A stretch of 64,000 nt of DNA, taken from the IMG/VR virus record IMGVR_UViG_3300021962_000044, positions 47,076 to 111,075 of that record; one strand, 5' to 3'. This stretch comes from a virus. The number at the start of each line of letters is the position of its first letter. The first letter of the stretch is position 1. The notes below the pieces were generated by a model. It was given only the letters and a program-made list of their open reading frames with translations. It was not told the DNA's origin and searched no databases. The translations under genes were made by a program, and so were the position numbers. Below, piece by piece: positions 19,953-28,461 of the stretch.

Positions 19953-22900
19953 ATGAGCAATATTCTTAAAGGTATAATAAACGAAGTTAGTCCACATAAC
20001 TATGATAGTGATTGGGATTATCAAGATGCAGTAGCACGTAGTGGTAAATCACGTTCTAGCTATCGTTCACAAGAAGATGATACTTTTGACTCTGATGTTG
20101 CATATTCCAGAAAGATGTATCAATTGGGACAACAACAAAAGGCTGCAAAAGAAAAAGCACAACGTGATAGTGACCATGATAGATTGGCAAGTGGTACAAA
20201 TGAAGATATAACTGAAGCCTCTAATCCTTATGAACCAGTAATGATTCAAGGTTATGATAAGTGGCTTAAGTTAGTTAGTATTCCTAATGTTGATAGACAT
20301 GCTTATAAAAGTGATATAACAGCAGTTACTTCCTTAGGTGATGTGATTGGTGAATTTAATACAGATAAAGATTTAGGATACGTTATTAAAAAATATGCTA
20401 AAGGTGTTAGTGAGAGTTTAGATGATCCATGGGGAGATCAAGGTAACTTTGCAGGTGATAAGCCAGTTAATCTTGGTGGTGTCTCTATTAAGAATATACA
20501 AGTGGGTGATACTGTTAAGTATTTTGGACAACCTTCAAAAGTAGTTGCTATGAGTAAGGATCGTAAATATTCTCGCATCACAATTTCTAAAGGCATGGGT
20601 ACTGTTACACAAGATGTATTAACACGTGACTTACAACAATTAGGCCAGGGCAAAGCAATAGAAGAAAATGATAATATTCAAACTAGAATGCGAATGGATG
20701 ATTATTATAAATTGGCAGATGCTATTCAGGAAAAACTTAGACAAGCAATTAAACTAGGTGATAACGAACTTGTACATAAATTATCCAAAGAACGTGCTGA
20801 CTTAGATGCACGTGTTAAAAAATATGGATTGATACCAGAATCACAACTAGATGAAATCTCTAATGAAAAGTTAGCACAATACAAAACAGCTGCCGCATTA
20901 GATGCAGGCAAAGCTGATAAAGAAGGTGATTATAAACGTGGCGATAAACGTTTCAGTGGTATTGTTAAAGCAACTAAGAAACAGTTTGCTAATGATACAA
21001 AGAAATCTGGTATCAGTCAAGGTATAAATGAATTTGCCCCCATTAAACCCCCTACTGCCGGGGCATTTGGTGGTAATAAAGATTACGGACAACCAAATAG
21101 TTCACGCTATATAGGTGGTAACAAGTTTGTAGTAGGTACTACTAACAATTATGTATTGACCGCTACAATAGACAAATGGGGATTAGAATGGGATGAGGAT
21201 GACGAGATATGGTTCTTAGACAGTCCCGGTGCCGCACATATTGCTGATGCTAGTGAAGGTGAAATAGAACTACCTCCACCCCGTGAACAAAGAAATCAAA
21301 TACATGATTTAGTAACTGATTATCTTAATGAAAGAAATTCTGCTGATTTACAAAAGGTAGCCGCATATTATGGTCACAGTAATGATGGCGAAATGGCAAC
21401 AAATGAAAGTTCAGAAGCACCTAGATTTAACAGTAAACAAGAAGTTATTAATCACTTTGTTAAAAACGGCAAAAGTGCGGCAGCAGGTGCAGCGGCATGG
21501 GAACGTGGTTATAGAGGTTCATCTAAGAAACCAATAGAGTTAAAAAAACCACCACAAAGAAGTTACCATGATGAACTAGATGATAAACGTTATTCAAATA
21601 CATTTGAAAACTTAGGTGATCAATTGAAATCTAATTCATTAAACGCACTAGTTCAAGCCAAATTAGCTATAGAGCAACAACGTCAAGCTGAAATAGAAGC
21701 TTGGAAAAGAGATTTTGAAAAGAATACAGTACAAAAAGCACAACAAGGTTTACGTAGAGAATTTGAACCAACTCCAGTTGCACAGCCTGGCGAGAAGCAT
21801 TCTGTATTGAAAGCTAGGTTAGCACAATTAAATAATGCTATACAGAAGCAAGAACTAGTAGATAAGTTAGTTGATAGATTAGAGCGTAAGGGTTTAATGA
21901 CTCCTGCAATGCAAAACGATACTGATACAAGAATGCATGTTAAGTATGGTGCAAAAGATAACTATCAATCTTTAAATAAAAAATTAGACAATGCTATTCA
22001 AATGTTACAGAATAGATTAAATATCCGTAAAATTTCTGGATTAAAAGAAGGTCATGATGAGCGTGATGAATATGATAATCCTAGAATGGGTAGAGATTAC
22101 GGCAAAGGCAATCTATTTGTAGATCCTGGTTCAAATGAATTTAAAAAAGAAGTACATATAGGTAGCAATGACGGCGAACGTGGCAGACCAAAAAATCTAA
22201 AGGGTGTTTCAAAAGTATTACCAGCTGATGCATTTGGCCGTACTACAGGTAAGATACCAGATAGTGCAAGACCAACATCAAAAGAAGATCCTTTTAAAGA
22301 CGTTGATGAAGACCTAGACGAAAATCTACATAAGTGGTTTCAAGAAAAGTGGGTACGATTTGGACCTGATGGTAAGATCCGTGGTGATTGCGCTAGAGGT
22401 GATGATAGTGAAGGTAAACCAAAATGCTTACCACAAAGTAAAGCACAGAATTTAGGCAAAGCAGGTCGTGCTAGTGCGGCAAGTCGTAAGCGTAGAGAAG
22501 ATCCTAATCCAGAACGCAGTGGTAAGGCTATCAATGTTGCTACTAAGAAAAAGAGTAACGAAGGTGTGGCGGAAGACCAACTTGATGAATTAAGTTGCTG
22601 GTCTGGTTATCATAGAGTCGCTGGCACCAAAGCAGGCTTTCCAGGTAGTTGTGCTAAAAATAAAACAAACGAAGAAGCAGTTGATGAAGCTGATATGAAC
22701 CGTAGAGGATTCTTAAAAGGTATGGGTGCGGCGGCTGTGGCAGGTAGCGCATTAGTTAATCCTATTGTTGCTAAAGCGCAAGATTCAACATCTGCTAGAG
22801 GAATAACAAAATCTGATTTACAAAAAAAATTCCCTAATAGTTTAGATATTAAAGCGACAGGAACAAGACCACCCTCTATTATAACGGATTTAGGTTTATC

Positions 22901-24290
22901 ATCCGGTAAAAATTTAGAATTGGAAGTAAAGACTACCGATTTATTGGGTAATGCATCGTTAGGATATATTGAATTTATAAATGATATAATGGTTGGTCAA
23001 TTTTATATCACTGATAAATCAAACTTACCAAAAATTTCAGCGTTTACTAAAAAGCCAGAAATTATTGAGTATTTTAAAAATATAGCCACACGAATATTAG
23101 GCACGGGTAAATTAGGTTCTGTTCAAGGAAAAATCTCACTAGACAAAGTAAATACGGATCAGGGAGTGGGAGCCGGAGTGATGAAAGGACTCTTTGAAAT
23201 TAGTTATGATACAATTAATATTAATGTAGAAACATCAAATGGATCAATTAACCTATTAGTCGGTGCCTATGAAAGTGGAAACTACTTTGTTATAAGTTTA
23301 ATAACTGCAATAAAAAAACAACAAAATAATTTAACACTTGACGAATTCAACAAAAAAGTTGTGGCGGAAGAACAACATAGTTGCCCACATTGCGGTGGCG
23401 AGATGGTTAGTGAAGAACTAATGAATGAAAAGAAAGATGCTTGCTACTATAAAGTAAAGAGTCGTTATAAAGTATGGCCAAGTGCTTATGCATCTGGTGC
23501 GTTAGTTAAGTGTCGTAAGAGTGGTGCTGATAGTTGGGGAAACAGCGGTAAGAAAAACGAAAGCATTGAAGAAGGCTGGCAAGATGAAGCACAAGAGTTA
23601 GAGGACTGGTCAAAAGAAGTCAATAAGAAATTGTATAGAGCGCATGAAACTCAGCGTCCTGGACTAGCAAGACAACTAAGCAAACTAGAACAAAAACATT
23701 TTGGTAGTAGTCTAAATCAAGGATCACTTACAGAAATAGTTAAGGCAGCATTGATGGCATTACAAAAAGGTCAAATGGTTCACTATGATCCACAACAAGT
23801 AGGTCAAATGCCATTTGGTAACATAGTAGGCGATGAAGCTAAACTTATTGCAAAATATAATATAACCCGTGACGAACTTGCTGGTTACCGTATGTTACAC
23901 GATAAAAATATGGTAGATAATCTTGAACAATTTTTAAAGTTACGCCGTTTGGTACGTGCAAAGTCATGGCCTCTAGAGTATTATGAAGAACTAGAGAAGT
24001 TAACACCGGAAGAAGCATGGTTAAAAATGGCCGATGATTTGAATTGGTCCAAAGATGACATGAATGAAGAAATTCAATCTAAAACAGATGATAAGTTATT
24101 AGCATACTACGCACAGCGTAAGGCTGAAAAACAAAAACAACAAAGTCAACCACAAGACCAACTTGATGAAAAGTGGACTAAGAAATACAAAGATAGCATC
24201 AACTGTAGTAATCCAAAAGGATTTAGTCAAAAAGCACATTGTGCCGGTAAACAGAAAAATGAAAGTGCTATTATGAAAGGTCTTAAATAA
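19953..24290 (+). CDS. 1445-aa modular polyprotein (putative internal head protein) with internal Tat signal and small basic Cys modules
   Basis: More than 15 [LIVM]-x-E or xNE joints; MNRRGFLKG internal motif; basic modules NLHKWFQEKW..KPKC, DACYYKVK..WPSAYASG and KWTKKYKDSINC..KGFSQKAHC. Confidence 0.7.
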   Translation: MSNILKGIINEVSPHNYDSDWDYQDAVARSGKSRSSYRSQEDDTFDSDVAYSRKMYQLGQQQKAAKEKAQRDSDHDRLASGTNEDITEASNPYEPVMIQGYDKWLKLVSIPNVDRHAYKSDITAVTSLGDVIGEFNTDKDLGYVIKKYAKGVSESLDDPWGDQGNFAGDKPVNLGGVSIKNIQVGDTVKYFGQPSKVVAMSKDRKYSRITISKGMGTVTQDVLTRDLQQLGQGKAIEENDNIQTRMRMDDYYKLADAIQEKLRQAIKLGDNELVHKLSKERADLDARVKKYGLIPESQLDEISNEKLAQYKTAAALDAGKADKEGDYKRGDKRFSGIVKATKKQFANDTKKSGISQGINEFAPIKPPTAGAFGGNKDYGQPNSSRYIGGNKFVVGTTNNYVLTATIDKWGLEWDEDDEIWFLDSPGAAHIADASEGEIELPPPREQRNQIHDLVTDYLNERNSADLQKVAAYYGHSNDGEMATNESSEAPRFNSKQEVINHFVKNGKSAAAGAAAWERGYRGSSKKPIELKKPPQRSYHDELDDKRYSNTFENLGDQLKSNSLNALVQAKLAIEQQRQAEIEAWKRDFEKNTVQKAQQGLRREFEPTPVAQPGEKHSVLKARLAQLNNAIQKQELVDKLVDRLERKGLMTPAMQNDTDTRMHVKYGAKDNYQSLNKKLDNAIQMLQNRLNIRKISGLKEGHDERDEYDNPRMGRDYGKGNLFVDPGSNEFKKEVHIGSNDGERGRPKNLKGVSKVLPADAFGRTTGKIPDSARPTSKEDPFKDVDEDLDENLHKWFQEKWVRFGPDGKIRGDCARGDDSEGKPKCLPQSKAQNLGKAGRASAASRKRREDPNPERSGKAINVATKKKSNEGVAEDQLDELSCWSGYHRVAGTKAGFPGSCAKNKTNEEAVDEADMNRRGFLKGMGAAAVAGSALVNPIVAKAQDSTSARGITKSDLQKKFPNSLDIKATGTRPPSIITDLGLSSGKNLELEVKTTDLLGNASLGYIEFINDIMVGQFYITDKSNLPKISAFTKKPEIIEYFKNIATRILGTGKLGSVQGKISLDKVNTDQGVGAGVMKGLFEISYDTININVETSNGSINLLVGAYESGNYFVISLITAIKKQQNNLTLDEFNKKVVAEEQHSCPHCGGEMVSEELMNEKKDACYYKVKSRYKVWPSAYASGALVKCRKSGADSWGNSGKKNESIEEGWQDEAQELEDWSKEVNKKLYRAHETQRPGLARQLSKLEQKHFGSSLNQGSLTEIVKAALMALQKGQMVHYDPQQVGQMPFGNIVGDEAKLIAKYNITRDELAGYRMLHDKNMVDNLEQFLKLRRLVRAKSWPLEYYEELEKLTPEEAWLKMADDLNWSKDDMNEEIQSKTDDKLLAYYAQRKAEKQKQQSQPQDQLDEKWTKKYKDSINCSNPKGFSQKAHCAGKQKNESAIMKGLK

Positions 24291-24336
24291 TGAAAGACTA
24301 TGATTTTTATTGGAATTTAAAAGGATACCCTAGAGG

Positions 24337-24936
24337 CTAATCAAAAATTATTCTCCAACCCTTATAAGAGGTCTCGTTTTTTCGGATGAGACCTCTTAAT
24401 CCTTTAGTACTAATAGAGTATTTTATAGCAAATTCATATGAGGTACTGTATACTCTTTCTAGAGTATTGATGTTCTCAAAGCAATAGACTGTTTTATTAA
24501 ATCTAGTATTATTAGTTCCGGCTTTGGATCGTTTTGTGAATTTTGAAGCATATTCATTTGATATTAATCTGCCGCGCACCCAACCTTCTGGAATATCTCC
24601 ACGAATTTTCTTATTAATAATACCATTGTTAATCCAAATAGTGCCATACATTGGATTATTCTCACCGGTATTCGATAATTTTGCGAGATAAGATTTTTCT
24701 TCAGGAGAGACTTTCATTCTCTGAGACATGATTAAACATGCTTTGTAATCCCCTTGTGATTTATGTATTTCGTAATGTTCTTTGATGGAAACACATAGTA
24801 AATTTGATATTTCATTATTATTGTGATTTCCATCAATATGATGAATTTCATAACTGCGACCATCTTCATCTTTAGGAATGGGCCCTATAAATGTTTCGTA
24901 AATCTTACGATGATCCGTGGTTGAATAAATACTCAT
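24337..24936 (-). mobile_element. Free-standing HNH homing endonuclease with NUMOD-type DNA-binding motifs
   Basis: YEIHHIDGNHNNNEISNL..VS..EH..IH; GENNPMYG and WINNG. Inserted antisense in a late operon. Start at 24936 has an AAGGAG SD. Confidence 0.88.
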
Positions 24937-25036
24937 GCTGGTGCTCCTTTTTAGCATTAGAGTAGTTGGGCCTGCCAGCCGCGAACTACACTTTTATTTA
25001 TCATAAGTTTAGATAAATATATGAATAAGGATTAAT

Positions 25037-25477
25037 ATGTTAGTAGAAAACTTAAAAGTGTTATTGGCTAGTACTCAAGTGTTTGCGATTAAAACGCAAC
25101 AATTCCATTGGTGCGTAGAGGGGACCAACTTCCCGCAATATCACGAATTCTTTAATACGTTATATGGAGATGTGAGTGCTACTATTGATCCTATTGCTGA
25201 ATATATTAGAATACTAGGTCATTACACTCCGGGTAGTTTAACACGTTATGCAGAACTAAGTATCATTCAAGACCAAATTAAAATTCCACGTGCTGAGTTA
25301 ATGTTTGCAGAATCATTGCAAGATTGTGAAGCAATGGGTCAACTTGTTGTTGCTATGTTTGATCAGGCAGCTAGTGAGAATCAGCATGGTATCGAAAACT
25401 ATATGGCTGAACTACAAGATTTGTATGGCAAGAAAGCATGGTTTATCCGTTCAACATTAAAAAGAGAACGTGAGTGA
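25037..25477 (+). CDS. dps: Dps/ferritin-like DNA-protection protein
   Basis: KTQQFHWCVEG.NF..YHEFF..LY, D.IAEYIR.LG and K.AWF. Confidence 0.88.
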   Translation: MLVENLKVLLASTQVFAIKTQQFHWCVEGTNFPQYHEFFNTLYGDVSATIDPIAEYIRILGHYTPGSLTRYAELSIIQDQIKIPRAELMFAESLQDCEAMGQLVVAMFDQAASENQHGIENYMAELQDLYGKKAWFIRSTLKRERE

Positions 25478-25971
25478 GAGCAATTGATTTTTTAATTGAA
25501 GTAGGTGACAGTCCATACAAGTTACCTAACCGTTGGAAAAACAACGGAGATTCTGTTAAGAAGTCAATAGAATTACCTAGTGGTAATTATTTAGAAATTG
25601 ATATAACGGCTGATACTAAATTAGCTTTAGTAAATTTTTATGTAGGTGGAAGTCAAAAAATTACAGGTGAGGGTGATGCTATTAAAATCTTTTCAACTGT
25701 AGGTAATGCCATAAATGATTATGCTATAAAGAAAAGACCATATGTAATTTGTTTTACTGGTCACATATTTGATAATAGTAGAATACGTTTATATGATAGA
25801 TTAGCAAACAGATGGTTAACTATGCCCGGGCTTAAGGGATATGTTAATTTAACAGACCATGAAGATTTATGGCCAACAGATTTAGTATATTTTATGGATG
25901 ATATACAAGATTTAACCGATCAAAAAATTTATGTTTTAGCAAGCCCAACTTGGATGAGAAACGTAACATGA
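25474..25971 (+). CDS. Hypothetical protein with capsid-targeting-like leader (paralog of next gene)
   Basis: MRAIDFLIE|VGDSPY; TGEGDAIKIFSTV; SRIRLY. Confidence 0.65.
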   Translation: MRAIDFLIEVGDSPYKLPNRWKNNGDSVKKSIELPSGNYLEIDITADTKLALVNFYVGGSQKITGEGDAIKIFSTVGNAINDYAIKKRPYVICFTGHIFDNSRIRLYDRLANRWLTMPGLKGYVNLTDHEDLWPTDLVYFMDDIQDLTDQKIYVLASPTWMRNVT

Positions 25972-26771
25972 GAGCAACAGAATTTATTTTAAATGAGGTC
26001 GGGGACAATCCTTATACGTTTGAGCCATATCAACCACCCAATCAGCAACATATTAAAGTTCGTGCCCGTAATGCAATAGATAAAATACCTCCTAATAAAA
26101 ATACAATTACAACTAATGTATCTAATCCAAATATAAAAAATTATTCCTTCGTTACTAAAAACGGACTTAGATATGTTGTAATATTAAAACCTTCTACTCC
26201 AAAAGCTAACGGAGAGATTAACACAGTAGAACTAGCATTTTATGCTATTGATAAAAGAGGTAGACCAAATTTTGACCTCACTGGTACAGGTGATGCGGCA
26301 AATGTTTTTGCTACAGTAAAAAATGTATTAGCAAAATATATTGAAGAATATAATCCAAAACTTATTGGTTTTTCAAGTGAGAAAAAAATAGATACTACCC
26401 CAAACAACGATAGTAGATTTAAACTATATTCATTATTTGCTAAACAGTTTAGTAAATGGTTTCCTGCTTATGCAAAATCATACACACGTGATGAAGCAGA
26501 CAGAACTGTGTTTATGTTTAAGCGTAATGCTGATGAACAAGTTACTGAACAAACAAACCCTAAAATAGATTTGACACCAAACTATCCTAACTATAAAGTA
26601 TTAGTGGGAGAGTTTATTGGCATTAGAAAAAACAGAGCAAGATTTTTAATTGTAGCATCTGAACTTAAACCAGGCGTACGTGAGACTGATAATATATTTA
26701 GAGCAAAAACAACTAATACACCAATCAGTATTGAAATTAGTAAAGTAAAGAATCGAACAGTAGTAGGATAA
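25968..26771 (+). CDS. Two-module hypothetical protein with capsid-targeting-like leader
   Basis: MRATEFILNE|VGDNPY; TGTGDAANVFATV; SRFKLY; joint QVTE|Q. Confidence 0.65.
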   Translation: MRATEFILNEVGDNPYTFEPYQPPNQQHIKVRARNAIDKIPPNKNTITTNVSNPNIKNYSFVTKNGLRYVVILKPSTPKANGEINTVELAFYAIDKRGRPNFDLTGTGDAANVFATVKNVLAKYIEEYNPKLIGFSSEKKIDTTPNNDSRFKLYSLFAKQFSKWFPAYAKSYTRDEADRTVFMFKRNADEQVTEQTNPKIDLTPNYPNYKVLVGEFIGIRKNRARFLIVASELKPGVRETDNIFRAKTTNTPISIEISKVKNRTVVG

Positions 26772-26773
26772 AA

Positions 26774-27211
26774 ATGAAAAAAATATTAATATTAATAATG
26801 CTAACATTAACAACTATAGCATTTGCACAAAAACAAAAGCCAATGAATATATATGAATTTCCAATCACTAGAGTTATTGATGGAGATACTGTAGCATTTC
26901 AAGCACCGTTCTTACCCCCACCATTAAAACAAGAGTTAAGTATTCGTGTATTTGGTGTTGATACACCTGAAAAAGGTCATAGAGCAATGTGTCCAAGTGA
27001 AGACCAACGTGGTCAAGCCGCTACTGCATTTACAAAAAATGCTATCAGTAAAGCACAGAAACGTCAAGTAGCTATTGCTGATTGGGATAAGTATGGTGGA
27101 CGTGTATTGGGTGATATAATACTTGATGGACAAAGTTTAAGAATGATGTTAATACAGAATGGATTTGCAAGAGAATACTACGGAGAAGCTAAAACTTCTT
27201 GGTGCAACTAA
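26774..27211 (+). CDS. Secreted thermonuclease (SNase/TNase family)
   Basis: Sec signal MKKILILIMLTLTTIAFA|Q; RVIDGDT, IRVFGVDTPE, DKYGGRVLG, GFAREY. Confidence 0.9.
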   Translation: MKKILILIMLTLTTIAFAQKQKPMNIYEFPITRVIDGDTVAFQAPFLPPPLKQELSIRVFGVDTPEKGHRAMCPSEDQRGQAATAFTKNAISKAQKRQVAIADWDKYGGRVLGDIILDGQSLRMMLIQNGFAREYYGEAKTSWCN

Positions 27212-27212
27212 C

Positions 27213-27297
27213 ACACCTTAGGACCGGTACTTGTTACCGTGGTGTAGGCGGCTTCTGCCTTAAGCAATCCAATTCGCTACTGGACCTTATAAGTGAG
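27213..27297 (+). ncRNA. Candidate small structured RNA (unassigned)
   Basis: GC-richer intergenic island with nested stems ACACC/GGTGT, CGGTA/TACCG and AGGCGG/CTGCCT; no U-tract. Confidence 0.3.
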
Positions 27298-27310
27298 CAT
27301 AAATACTAAT

Positions 27311-28450
27311 ATGAGAGCAATAGAACTATACGAATCAGCCGCAAGTGAACTAGCTAAGAAACTTCCTAGCTTAGAGAAGCACGACTATAATACCATTGAT
27401 AAACTAATGAGAAATATAGCAAAGAAACATCGTATAACCGGTGATGCATTGCATGATTTATTTGTTAGAAAATATCACAAAACTCCAGACAGTTGGATTA
27501 AAGATAAACTAGATGAGGTTGGAGGACGACATTACAACCCGGATGGTTCAACATATCGCGGATCCAATAATAAAATGCCGACATTAAATGATCCGGAAGA
27601 TATTTATAACAGGGCAGAACGAGTACCATATCAAGATCCAGCCGGTGAGGATCCTGAAATAGATGATAGTGTTAAACAAATTATTAAAAATGGATTAGAC
27701 AGGTTAAGTGATGATGAACGAAAAGTATTAATTTTAAGATTTTGGCATGATTTGACATTACGACAAATTGCTGATAAGTTTGGACTATCTGAACCTAGAA
27801 TAAGACAAATTGAAGCTAAGGGTTTAAGAAGATTACAAGTTTCTGCTAAACATAAAGGATATGATCCAGAAGCATTAAAACTGTATGTAAAACAAAACGA
27901 AAATCCACCAAAACTAATGGCTCAAGATAAAACCAAAGCACAAGCGTTAAAAGTAGCAAATGCGTATAAGACAGCGTTCCCAAAGAAGCCTTACTACCCG
28001 CCTAAAGCAAAGAAAGATATAGATACGGGTGAAGTATGGGTTTACTACCCGCCTAAAGCAAAGAAAGATGTCATTAAAGAATCTGAACAAGAAGATTTAA
28101 ATAATAATCCTATTGTACAGAAGTTTCTTGCTTGGACAAGTAAGAAGTTAAACTTAGAAACTACACCAAAGATAGAGTTTAGTTATGATAGTGATGAAGC
28201 ACAAGAAGGTCATCATACTGGAAGACATAATCCAGATACGGGTGAAGTATGGGTTTATTGTGCCAATAGAAATTTAGTAGATATATTACGTACTGTGTTC
28301 CATGAATTAACTCATGTACGTCAGGGTGAATTAAATATGATTAAGCCGGGTGATAGTTATCCAGGTAGTCCAATAGAAGCAGAAGCGGATGTAATGGCTG
28401 GCAAGTATATTAAGATATTTGGCAAAATGCATCCAGAAATATTTCAATAA
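27311..28450 (+). CDS. Modular polyprotein: sigma-70 region 4 HTH module + HExxH zincin-like module
   Basis: MRAIELYE|S leader; LDRLSDDERKVLILRF..DLTLRQIADKFGLSEPRIRQIEAKGLRRL; TVFHELTH..Q...EAEA; joints KLDE|V and VIKE|S. Confidence 0.75.
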   Translation: MRAIELYESAASELAKKLPSLEKHDYNTIDKLMRNIAKKHRITGDALHDLFVRKYHKTPDSWIKDKLDEVGGRHYNPDGSTYRGSNNKMPTLNDPEDIYNRAERVPYQDPAGEDPEIDDSVKQIIKNGLDRLSDDERKVLILRFWHDLTLRQIADKFGLSEPRIRQIEAKGLRRLQVSAKHKGYDPEALKLYVKQNENPPKLMAQDKTKAQALKVANAYKTAFPKKPYYPPKAKKDIDTGEVWVYYPPKAKKDVIKESEQEDLNNNPIVQKFLAWTSKKLNLETTPKIEFSYDSDEAQEGHHTGRHNPDTGEVWVYCANRNLVDILRTVFHELTHVRQGELNMIKPGDSYPGSPIEAEADVMAGKYIKIFGKMHPEIFQ

Positions 28451-28461
28451 AGGTTTTATAA

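Noticed and set aside
3932-22534. Antisense and alternate-frame ORFs in the track (e.g. 3932-4369, 10432-10908, 11110-11490, 13463-13831, 19585-19935)
   Set aside because: They lie wholly opposite or inside well-supported genes, with no SD or motifs: shadow ORFs.
27213-27297. tRNA or known ribozyme
   Set aside because: No TΨC arm or cloverleaf and no hammerhead CUGANGA/GAAA core; kept only as an unassigned RNA candidate.
27991-28257. DGR template/variable repeat pair
   Set aside because: The copies are short and exact with no adenine-specific mismatches, and there is no reverse transcriptase in the window.
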